DNA of 62,006 nt from a virus (lineage: Duplodnaviria; Caudoviricetes), in the IMG/VR virus record IMGVR_UViG_3300033182_000774, positions 1-62,006 of that record. One strand, written 5' to 3'. Numbering within the stretch: the stretch's first letter is position 1; each line of letters begins with the position of its first letter. Shown piece by piece: positions 54,487 through 62,006 of this stretch. The notes beneath the pieces are model-generated. The model saw only the letters and a program-made list of their open reading frames with translations, had not been told where the DNA came from and searched no databases. Made by a program: the position numbers and the translations under genes.

Positions 54487-55602
54487 ATGGCAGCTTATGG
54501 CGGAACTGGCTCATTAAGCGGAAGTTCTTACGGGGACTTGTCGGCTAATGACGCGTTCACTATTCAGAAAAAAATGCTTCCCATTGCGAAGCGATTGTTA
54601 ACTTTTGGCAAGTTCGCCCAAAAGGAAACCAAGCCCCAGAAACAGGGTTTGGAGATCAGACACAGACGATATGAGCGTTTCCCGATTGTGGATTCGCCTT
54701 TAGCAGAGGGTGTAACCCCTGACTTCGTCAGCCTTGAGCATACAACTTTGATGCACACATTGAAGCAGTATGGCTCATATGTGAACACCACGGACGTGAT
54801 GATGGCAGCATCACACGACCCAATTTTGTCCACCATCGTTGAGCGTCAGAGTCAGCAGGCTGGAGAAACTCTCGATTTTCTCGCCTACAAAGTCTTCCGT
54901 GCTGGAACACAGGTAAAGTACGGAACTGGCAGTAGCTCACCGGGTAGAAGTGTGGTCAACCACACAGTAGGTGGAGTGCAACCTATTTCAGGGACCGCAG
55001 TCAACGCCAGCGCAACTTCAAAGTTGTTTGACACCGCAATCAGAAAGCTGGAGTCCAATGACGCGAAGAAGATGCGTAACATGTTGCGCGCTTCCGTTGG
55101 AATCGACACATCCCCGATCAGGGAATCCTACATTGGGATCTGTCACCCTGACCTTCGTCAGGACTTGGAAAATTTGTCTGACTTCATCCCAGTAGAAAAA
55201 TATTCTGAGGCTGGACAGGCAATCGAAGGTGAGATTGGAACAGTCAAAGGTGTTCGCATCATCACCACCACACAGGCAACCCCGTTTGCCGATGCTGGTG
55301 GATCAGTTGCAGCGAATACTGATGGTTCTGGAGAGGCACAGTACGCTAAGACCACCAGTGGAACAGCTGGCTCTAGCGGGAATGCTGATGTTTATCCAAT
55401 CATCATCATTGCACAGGATTTTGGAGGATGTGCAACCTTGGGTGGAATGGATTCACTCCGCTCAAAAGTGGTACTACCGAAACCTGGACCCGGTGACCCA
55501 CTTGGTCAACGTGGAACTGTTGCATGGGATACTTTTTATTCCTGCATCATCCTTCAGGACCTTTATATGTACAGGATTGAGGTAGTAGCATCGGCTCTAT
55601 AA
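54487..55602 (+). CDS. Major capsid protein, N4-gp56 family
   Basis: FAQ...P..G..I..RRY, L.EGVTP, L.QYG, CHPD, GEIG.V..VR, DPLGQRG.V.W. Confidence 0.92.
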   Translation: MAAYGGTGSLSGSSYGDLSANDAFTIQKKMLPIAKRLLTFGKFAQKETKPQKQGLEIRHRRYERFPIVDSPLAEGVTPDFVSLEHTTLMHTLKQYGSYVNTTDVMMAASHDPILSTIVERQSQQAGETLDFLAYKVFRAGTQVKYGTGSSSPGRSVVNHTVGGVQPISGTAVNASATSKLFDTAIRKLESNDAKKMRNMLRASVGIDTSPIRESYIGICHPDLRQDLENLSDFIPVEKYSEAGQAIEGEIGTVKGVRIITTTQATPFADAGGSVAANTDGSGEAQYAKTTSGTAGSSGNADVYPIIIIAQDFGGCATLGGMDSLRSKVVLPKPGPGDPLGQRGTVAWDTFYSCIILQDLYMYRIEVVASAL

Positions 55603-55631
55603 TCATTCTGTTACTTTTTAATTAAAACGCT

Positions 55632-55673
55632 CTCCGCTGCGGGAATCAGCCCCCGCAGTGCGGGGGTTCTTTC
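55632..55673 (+). terminator. Hairpin or terminator after the capsid gene
   Basis: CTCCGCTGCGGG..CCCGCAGTGCGGGG followed by TTCTTTC. Confidence 0.6.
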
Positions 55674-55703
55674 GCTCAAAATTCCGCTTACAGGAGAATA
55701 ATT

Positions 55704-56258
55704 ATGGAATCGATTTTAACTAGAATGACCAATGTCCCCCAGCAGTCGGGGATTGATTTTGTGAACTTCGCAGATGGCTCAACTTGGTCTGCGGCAACCT
55801 ACAAGAGGGTGATTTTCCTTCCTCTTGGTGCCCGTGTTTCTGGGATTTGTGTGGCTGTTAGTGATGCAGTGACCACTACAACCGGGAACAACACTTTTAC
55901 TGTAGGGCATGACGGGGGAGGAGTTCTTCAGTCTGACACAGGCATGGTCAATGTCGCAGTCGCTGAAGATGTAGATGCTTACTGCACCTCTGTAAACCTT
56001 GAGGCGGCTGGGTTCTCTGGCCCTGAAGGGAATGCCGGTGTAGAGATTATGGGCAAGCCCCCAACCACAACAAGTTCTGCGGAATACACCTTTGCACCTG
56101 GCACTAATGGCAAAAAACAGTGGTCTGAGTCTGGGGAAAAGGTTGTTCCTGTTGTTGGGTATATTGTTTTGGGTGATGCCCAAACTGCTGGTGCATTCCA
56201 CTGGTGGGTCAACTACACATTTGATCCTAACATCGTCTGGAATCAATCAGACTTATAA
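55704..56258 (+). CDS. Capsid decoration or cement protein
   Basis: LP.GARV..I...V jelly-roll-like pattern; directly after the capsid gene. Confidence 0.6.
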   Translation: MESILTRMTNVPQQSGIDFVNFADGSTWSAATYKRVIFLPLGARVSGICVAVSDAVTTTTGNNTFTVGHDGGGVLQSDTGMVNVAVAEDVDAYCTSVNLEAAGFSGPEGNAGVEIMGKPPTTTSSAEYTFAPGTNGKKQWSESGEKVVPVVGYIVLGDAQTAGAFHWWVNYTFDPNIVWNQSDL

Positions 56259-56303
56259 TTTAAAGCGGGGCTTAGGCCCCGCCAACCTTAACCGAGGGAG
56301 TTT

Positions 56304-56786
56304 ATGTCAATAGCTGGAGGCTTGTTACCAAGCAAGCAATTGCCAGAGCAAAATCTGCATGATGCCTATGTGCAGGCTGGGGAAGGAAAGTTTGTTGTCA
56401 TCCAAGAAGGGATGCGACTGGCTGCTGAGTTCAAGGACGGAAATGATGTCCCTGAAGGTTATTGCGTTATCAATATAGAATACGGAAGGGATGTGGCAGA
56501 CACAGGCCCTGTGCCGGTAACGCTTGGTGAGGATACATTGGTAATTCCGAGGGGCACAGACAGAATTGTGCCGTTGGGCTTTGTCAATGTTCTCAATGAC
56601 GCGGTTACAACAGAATACTTCCAGAGAGACTTGATGAGCAGTCTGACATCAAGGTCTACCCGGAGATTTGATTTCCGTGTCAAAAAGTGGCCTAAAACTG
56701 GAAGTCACCAGGGAGCCATCATCACCAAGGAAGATCTAGAAGATAGCGTAAAGCGACATGAAGTAATCGAACTAGATCAAGACTAA
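56304..56786 (+). CDS. Virion-associated protein
   Basis: PV.V...I.RG...VP..V.VL.DAV pattern, usual near N4-gp56-type capsid genes. Confidence 0.55.
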   Translation: MSIAGGLLPSKQLPEQNLHDAYVQAGEGKFVVIQEGMRLAAEFKDGNDVPEGYCVINIEYGRDVADTGPVPVTLGEDTLVIPRGTDRIVPLGFVNVLNDAVTTEYFQRDLMSSLTSRSTRRFDFRVKKWPKTGSHQGAIITKEDLEDSVKRHEVIELDQD

Positions 56787-57820
56787 TGAATCGAAAACAG
56801 ATCCGTGAGCGCGTCGAAATCGCATTGCAGGATGTTGAGAATCGGCACTGGACGGATCGTGAGATCAATCAGTTCATAGATGATGCGCTTGTTGAATTCA
56901 CAAGGATTGCGCGATACCCACAAGTTGAAGGAACTGCCACCAACCCGGGTGGTACGACTACACTTGGGGAGGCGACACAGACCGCCACGCTTTCGGTAGA
57001 TGGCAAGACTGCCACTCTATCAAATTTTGGAGGATCTTCTGCTGCTCATGGTTATTCTGACAATGATGTTTTGTTGGTTTCTGGTGCCTCACCAGATGAG
57101 TATAACGGGTCTTTCAACGTCCTTGCGGCAACCACAACCACAGTCACCTACCAAGTTGATTTTGGGAACGCGGTAACGGATGCATCAGTCAGTGTCTTCA
57201 GGATAGGCCCTGTCTTTACGAAACCGTCTACTGTTGCCGAAATCACTTCAGTCTCTATTGGTGGGCGTGAGCTCGCCATTTACACAGAGTCGGAACTCAA
57301 CGCTGCCGCCTCCAGCAGGGGCTACAGGCATTATATGTTGGAATCTTCAATGGGCTTCCACCCTAATGCATTTTCGGTAGCACTCAACTCAGTAGACAAC
57401 ACCCCTCGATGGCGGGAGCAGAATGGCCCGATAGAAGCAGTCATTTTCAATAACCGCACGTCAGACACCTTCCGCATCTACCCGCTTCCCAAAGAGGACA
57501 GGGACATATATATAGACAAGGACGCTACGGCAAAAGTCTTTAAGACAATAAAGGTGAGGGGGGTTCCAGCTGACACCAGCTTATCATCAGACACCAGTAC
57601 CCCCACAGTTAATTCTTACTGGCATGAGGCATTGGTTTTCGGTGCGCTGGAAAGGTGCTGGCTCAAGGATTCCAAGGTGCAGAACATTGAGAAGAGTCAG
57701 ATGTACCGCGCGAAGTTCTTAGAGCAAGCATCACAAGCACAGAGAATGGAAGGCATGACCAGCGGTGCGTTGTCAGAAGGAAGAAACCAGGGTGGTTTCA
57801 GGATTAATAGAAATCTGTAA
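56786..57820 (+). CDS. Head-tail adaptor with an inserted beta domain
   Basis: LQD....WTD.EIN.FI.DA, IYP.P, HEALV.GA; insert AHGY..ND...VSGA..YNG.F.V. Confidence 0.7.
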   Translation: MNRKQIRERVEIALQDVENRHWTDREINQFIDDALVEFTRIARYPQVEGTATNPGGTTTLGEATQTATLSVDGKTATLSNFGGSSAAHGYSDNDVLLVSGASPDEYNGSFNVLAATTTTVTYQVDFGNAVTDASVSVFRIGPVFTKPSTVAEITSVSIGGRELAIYTESELNAAASSRGYRHYMLESSMGFHPNAFSVALNSVDNTPRWREQNGPIEAVIFNNRTSDTFRIYPLPKEDRDIYIDKDATAKVFKTIKVRGVPADTSLSSDTSTPTVNSYWHEALVFGALERCWLKDSKVQNIEKSQMYRAKFLEQASQAQRMEGMTSGALSEGRNQGGFRINRNL

Positions 57821-57831
57821 TGAAGGAACCC

Positions 57832-57906
57832 ATGCACGGGAAAAAGAAAACAAAAAAGTCTAAGCCAAAGAAGAAAGGAATCCTGCAAAGTCAGGGTTAC
57901 TATTAA
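57832..57906 (+). CDS. 24-aa basic peptide (not in ORF track)
   Basis: MHGKKKTKKSKPKKKGILQSQGYY; AAGGA RBS; TAATG coupling. Confidence 0.5.
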   Translation: MHGKKKTKKSKPKKKGILQSQGYY

Positions 57907-58208
57907 TGGCTACAGGAATACTGGAACGCAGGGGTTTGACCAAGAAGAAAAGGTCGCCTGCATGGACTCGCAAGGAAGGACAAAATGAAAAAGGAGGGCT
58001 GAATGCTAAGGGTAGAGCAAGTTATAAGCGTCAAACTGGGGGGACGCTGAAACCGCCGGCACCAAACCCCAAAACCAAAAAGGACAAGGGCAGGCGCAAA
58101 AGTTTTTGCGCTCGGATGAAGGGGATGAAGAGCAAGTTAACCAGCAGTAAAACCGCTAACGATCCGAATAGTCGGATAAACAAAAGCCTACGGGCTTGGA
58201 AGTGCTAA
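57906..58208 (+). CDS. Conserved basic phage protein
   Basis: PAW.RKEG...GGLN.KGR.SY..RRKSFCARM.GM..SRINKSLR.W.C. Confidence 0.75.
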   Translation: MATGILERRGLTKKKRSPAWTRKEGQNEKGGLNAKGRASYKRQTGGTLKPPAPNPKTKKDKGRRKSFCARMKGMKSKLTSSKTANDPNSRINKSLRAWKC

Positions 58209-58217
58209 AGGAGAATA

Positions 58218-58412
58218 ATGGCTAAACGTGGACTTTACGAAAATATCCACCGAAAGCGAAAAAGAATAGCCCAGGGGAGTGGAGAAAAAATGAGATCGCC
58301 GGGGGACAAGGGCGCTCCATCAGCCAAAGACTTCGCCAACAGTGCCAAGACCGCCAAGCCTTACAAGAAGAAAAAGAAAAAAGTGGGAATGCTTGAGTCG
58401 AGAGGAATGTAA
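58218..58412 (+). CDS. Conserved small basic phage protein
   Basis: GLY.NIH.KRKRI..GSGEKMR.PG.KGAP....F..SAKTAK. Confidence 0.75.
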   Translation: MAKRGLYENIHRKRKRIAQGSGEKMRSPGDKGAPSAKDFANSAKTAKPYKKKKKKVGMLESRGM

Positions 58413-58774
58413 TGGCCGCAGGGCGTTATGACATCACCATTGAGCAGGGTGCGACCTTCAGCCTGCCTATAAGCTACAAGGACAGCAATGACGCTGTCAT
58501 TGATTTGTCATCTGGATATACAGCCAGGATGAAGATCAAGGAATCTGCTGGTGGGACTGTCATTGCGTCTACAGAGTCTGCGGATTCACCAAAGAACACA
58601 TTATCAATCGCCTTAGCCGCTTCTGGGAACAACATCACAGTTTCAATGTCAGCAACAAACACAGCCACAATGGACTTTGATAATGCTGTTTATGATTTAG
58701 AGATTGTCAGCGGTGCCGAGGTTACAAGGGTCCTTGAGGGGAAGGTTAAACTGTCTAGGGAGATCACTGTATGA
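58412..58774 (+). CDS. Tail or baseplate adaptor beta-sandwich protein
   Basis: I.IEQGATF..IDL..YTARM.I..YDLEI..VTRVLEG.V. Confidence 0.7.
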   Translation: MAAGRYDITIEQGATFSLPISYKDSNDAVIDLSSGYTARMKIKESAGGTVIASTESADSPKNTLSIALAASGNNITVSMSATNTATMDFDNAVYDLEIVSGAEVTRVLEGKVKLSREITV

Positions 58775-60321
58775 GTGTAACCATTTCTCCCACCCAGCAT
58801 CAGGTCACTGTCAATCCCACGACCAATGTTGTCACTGTCAATGCCGCAGCCAATGTGGTCACTGTCACAGCACCTGGGCCAGTTGGTCCTCAAGGTGGTG
58901 CTGGCGAAATAATGTCTGCAACCGCAACTGTGTCTGAAGTTGCAGTTGATAGTAATGGGAATTCTCAAGACCCGACGGTAGCAATATCACTTGGAGGCAC
59001 AACTACGCAGAGAACCATGGCGTTCTCTTTTGGTGTGCCGACGGGGAAAAGCGGGGTCATTCAGTCTGTTGCCGTAACTGGCTCAGACGGTATTCAGGTT
59101 GATTCAGGCTCTCCCATCACGACTGCTACTGGGACTATTGCCCTTGGCGTGGATGCTTCTGCACTTAGGACACACATTAATGTGGAGGATGGGGCAACCG
59201 GGGACCAGACCAACGCAGAAATCCGTGCAGCAGTTGAAGCCGCAACAGACTCGAATGTATTTACTGACGCAGACCACACAAAACTGAACGGCATTGAGAC
59301 TGGTGCAACCGCAGACCAAACAGGTGCGGAGATAAAAACCGCCTACGAGAATGAATCTGACACCAACGCATTTACGGATGCCGAAAAAACGAAATTAGCA
59401 GGTATTGCCACAGGGGCCGAGGTCAATGTTCAATCTGACTTTAATGCTGTTTCTGGTGATGCGTTTATTCTTAACAAGCCTGTTGTTGGTGATGGTGGAC
59501 TTACTCAGAACAATTTCACTGATGCGCTCAAAACAAAACTGGATGGGATTGAGGCAAGTGCGGATGTAACGGATGCCACCAATGTTGATGCTGCTGGCGC
59601 AGTGATGAATAGTGACACCACAACCGCATCAATGAGTTTTGTCATCGATGATGACACGATGGGCACCGCAAGTGACACGAAACTTTCAACAAGTGAAAGT
59701 ATTAAGGCATATGTTGACGCTTCTGTTGTGGGGCTTCTTGAATATCAGGGTGGATATAACGCAAACACTGACACACCAAATATAGAAGCTTCTCCATCTG
59801 GTATTAATAAAGGGGATGTCTACGCTGTCACCCATGCTGGTTCATTTCACAGTATTGACCTTGAGGTAGGGGATGTGCTTCTTGCAGAAGAAGACAACCC
59901 AAATGCACAGTCTAAATGGACTGTAATTAACAAAGATTTAAACGCTGGTTCGATCAAAACTTCATACGAAAGTAATAGTAACACCAACGCCTTCACGGAT
60001 GCGCTTTTAACAAAACTCAACGGCATTGAAACAAGTGCCACGGCTGACCAAACAGCTAGTGAAATAAAAACAGCATACGAGTCAAATAACGATACTAACG
60101 CTTTTACAGATGCGCTGTTAACCAAACTAAACTCTGTAGAATCTTCAGCGGATGTAACTGATACAGCAAACGTCAACTCCGCTGGTGCTTTCATGCACAC
60201 AGACATCCCAGATTCTGATACTGGGTTCATCAAAAGGACAGGCTCAGAGACTTACGATATTGACACCAGCACATACGATCTTGAAGGAACTGGGGTTGCT
60301 ATGAGCATTGCCCTTGGCTGA
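58771..60321 (+). CDS. Tail fibre protein with internal repeats
   Basis: GPVGPQG collagen stub; five FTDA..TKL.GI repeats; ends AMSIALG. Confidence 0.8.
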   Translation: MSVTISPTQHQVTVNPTTNVVTVNAAANVVTVTAPGPVGPQGGAGEIMSATATVSEVAVDSNGNSQDPTVAISLGGTTTQRTMAFSFGVPTGKSGVIQSVAVTGSDGIQVDSGSPITTATGTIALGVDASALRTHINVEDGATGDQTNAEIRAAVEAATDSNVFTDADHTKLNGIETGATADQTGAEIKTAYENESDTNAFTDAEKTKLAGIATGAEVNVQSDFNAVSGDAFILNKPVVGDGGLTQNNFTDALKTKLDGIEASADVTDATNVDAAGAVMNSDTTTASMSFVIDDDTMGTASDTKLSTSESIKAYVDASVVGLLEYQGGYNANTDTPNIEASPSGINKGDVYAVTHAGSFHSIDLEVGDVLLAEEDNPNAQSKWTVINKDLNAGSIKTSYESNSNTNAFTDALLTKLNGIETSATADQTASEIKTAYESNNDTNAFTDALLTKLNSVESSADVTDTANVNSAGAFMHTDIPDSDTGFIKRTGSETYDIDTSTYDLEGTGVAMSIALG

Positions 60322-60329
60322 GATAAATT

Positions 60330-60668
60330 ATGGCTAACACATTTAAAAGCAGGCACATATCGAGTGTGAGCAATAGCTCCGCTGAAACTATAATCACCGC
60401 CCCATTATCAAGTCAGGTAATTGTCATTGGTTTGCAACTGGCAAACAAGGGTGCAAGTGAGATCAAGGCAACTGTAACCATAGGTAATAGTGCAGACTCG
60501 GACACTGGTGACATCACTGTTCTTCATCAGGTTGCAGTGCCGAAAAACTCGATGGTCAGTGTTTTTGTCGGGGACAAGATTGTTATGGAGCAAAGCGACA
60601 CGTTAAAGGTCTTATCTGACACAGCAACAGCCCTGGATGCTACAGCTTCTTACTTAGAAATTACATGA
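60330..60668 (+). CDS. Conserved tail-associated protein
   Basis: MANTFK...IG...AN...KIVM...D.LKV.SD...D...SYLEIT. Confidence 0.7.
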   Translation: MANTFKSRHISSVSNSSAETIITAPLSSQVIVIGLQLANKGASEIKATVTIGNSADSDTGDITVLHQVAVPKNSMVSVFVGDKIVMEQSDTLKVLSDTATALDATASYLEIT

Positions 60669-62006
60669 GAGTAGTTGGGACCAGAATCCCTACTGTAGGG
60701 GAAGATAGAAAATTTTACTCAACGGCTGATTCAACCGCTACGGCTGGGCAGACGGTATTTGCTGTCAACTATGACGAAGGCAAAGTTGCAGTATGGCTGA
60801 ACGGAATTCGTCTGGTACAGGGACAGGACTTCACCTACACCGCTTCTGGGGTAGGGAGTCAGATCACACTTTCTTCTGGGATTGTTGCAAATGACTATGT
60901 TGAAGTCGTTGGGTATCAAGGCATCTACTCTGGCAACGCTCTTGTGGAGGACCGCTTTGTCGTTGGGACAAGTTCGACTGGCAGTGGTGGTGCTTACACT
61001 AACAGCACTACCGTTTTTCCTGTTGCTAGTAACGCTGGTGATCTTGTTTGTGTTTATCGCAACGGCATCAAGCTTGTGCATACGACTGATTTTACGGTTG
61101 ATGCATCGGCTTCAACAGTCACTCTCCAAAGCGCATCAAACACCGCAGACGAAATAACAGTCCACGTTATTGGGATACTGCAACACAGCAACTTTGTATC
61201 TGTAACTGGGGGGACGTTTACAGGGGATGTGGTATTTAACAGTACAGGCGCAATCACTGTCCCTGCTGGGACTACCGCACAACGTCCGGGTACGCCTTCT
61301 ACTGGGGACACACGCTTTAATACAACGACAGGCTCTCTTGAGTTTTACGATGGAACAAACTGGGTTTCCACCAACTTAATCCCAAGCATTAACTCAATTA
61401 CTGGAACAATCTATGAAGGATTGTCAGGAAGGACATTAACTTTATCGGTAAGCAACGCAACCGATACGATTGATGTTAAATACTACGAAAGCGGTACGCT
61501 GTTAGCGACTGACACAAACATAACAGTAACAAGTGGATCTGCGACTTCAACTGTTCCTTCTGCGGTATATGGACAAACTGCTGGGGATACGATTTCGATT
61601 CAGGTGTTTAACCAAGACAGAACACCTTCGTCTAACAGTATAGATAAAACAGTTTCAGCGCTACCTTCTGGTGGTACTAAAACAACTTCAGGTAATTACC
61701 ACATACACACCTTTACTACATCTGGAACCTTTACTGTCCCATCTAACCTTACTCTGAGTAGCGTTGAGTATCTTGTTATTGCGGGTGGAGGTGGCGGTGG
61801 CGGTTCTACTGCTGGAGGAGGAGGTGCTGGAGGTTATCGTTGTTCTGTTGCGGGTGAAACCTCTGGGGGTGGAGCAAGTGCAGAATCGACGCTTTCATTA
61901 TCAACAGGTAGCTACACTGTTACTGTAGGCGGGGGTGGAGCAGGTTCACGGAGGGGTGACGCTGGCTCCCCTAACAACACTAGCGGAGTCTCCAGTGTAT
62001 TTGGCA
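60665..62006 (+). CDS. Tail fibre protein, N-terminal part (runs off the end, continues at 2-1123; not in ORF track)
   Basis: ATG at 60665 (ATGA coupling); ATAGQTVF..V.LNG..L repeats; VPAGTTAQRP..RFNTT..EFYDGT.W motif; no stop before 62006. Confidence 0.85.
   Translation, partial: MRVVGTRIPTVGEDRKFYSTADSTATAGQTVFAVNYDEGKVAVWLNGIRLVQGQDFTYTASGVGSQITLSSGIVANDYVEVVGYQGIYSGNALVEDRFVVGTSSTGSGGAYTNSTTVFPVASNAGDLVCVYRNGIKLVHTTDFTVDASASTVTLQSASNTADEITVHVIGILQHSNFVSVTGGTFTGDVVFNSTGAITVPAGTTAQRPGTPSTGDTRFNTTTGSLEFYDGTNWVSTNLIPSINSITGTIYEGLSGRTLTLSVSNATDTIDVKYYESGTLLATDTNITVTSGSATSTVPSAVYGQTAGDTISIQVFNQDRTPSSNSIDKTVSALPSGGTKTTSGNYHIHTFTTSGTFTVPSNLTLSSVEYLVIAGGGGGGGSTAGGGGAGGYRCSVAGETSGGGASAESTLSLSTGSYTVTVGGGGAGSRRGDAGSPNNTSGVSSVFG
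61405..62006 (+). repeat. Terminal overlap, copy 2 (matches 1-602)
   Basis: Direct comparison, about 96% identity. Confidence 0.97.

Larger units (their letters stand above)
1..62006. mobile_element. Temperate tailed phage genome, apparently complete and circularly permuted (unit about 61,404 bp)
   Basis: Terminase, portal, scaffold, capsid, tail, lysis, integrase and repressor genes are present; no host housekeeping genes; the ends overlap in frame inside one tail-fibre gene. Confidence 0.95.

Noticed and set aside
56265-56282. Terminator after the decoration gene
   Set aside because: Strong GC hairpin but no U-tract; more likely a stabilising or processing stem.
1-62006. Stop-codon reassignment
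   Set aside because: Hallmark genes are intact under the standard code, and TAA, TAG and TGA all end genes at coupled junctions.

Overview
The window is an apparently complete, circularly permuted genome of a temperate tailed dsDNA phage (Caudoviricetes). Unit length is about 61.4 kb: bases 1-602 recur at 61405-62006 with about 23 substitutions, and the last ORF runs through that join. Layout: tail fibres, lysis genes and two 2OG-Fe(II) oxygenases (1-9.3 kb); a podovirus-like tail and internal virion proteins ending in a 2981-aa polyvalent protein (9.3-27.3 kb); attP with a tRNA-Arg fragment, tyrosine integrase and repressor (27.3-29.3 kb); recombination and replication genes (Cas4-like nuclease, Sak4-like ATPase, SSB, RusA, primase-helicase) and a probable origin (29.4-37.9 kb); an AT-rich minus-strand array of small genes with a serine recombinase and several DNA-modifying or repair-like enzymes (38-46.1 kb); and packaging and head genes (TerS, TerL, portal, scaffold, N4-gp56-type capsid) leading back into tail fibres (46.2-62 kb). 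Most notable observations: (i) a 13-14 nt motif at the ribosome-binding sites of the minus-strand genes, with a complementary segment inside a structured intergenic RNA; (ii) an attP carrying the 5' rather than the 3' half of a tRNA; (iii) a cytosine methyltransferase with several TRD-like modules and a second protein in an overlapping frame; (iv) a polyvalent virion protein divided by a repeated ISxSxR linker; (v) a chimeric mini-ORF that records a recombination event. All family assignments come from motif recognition by eye; no database searches or folding programs were run.
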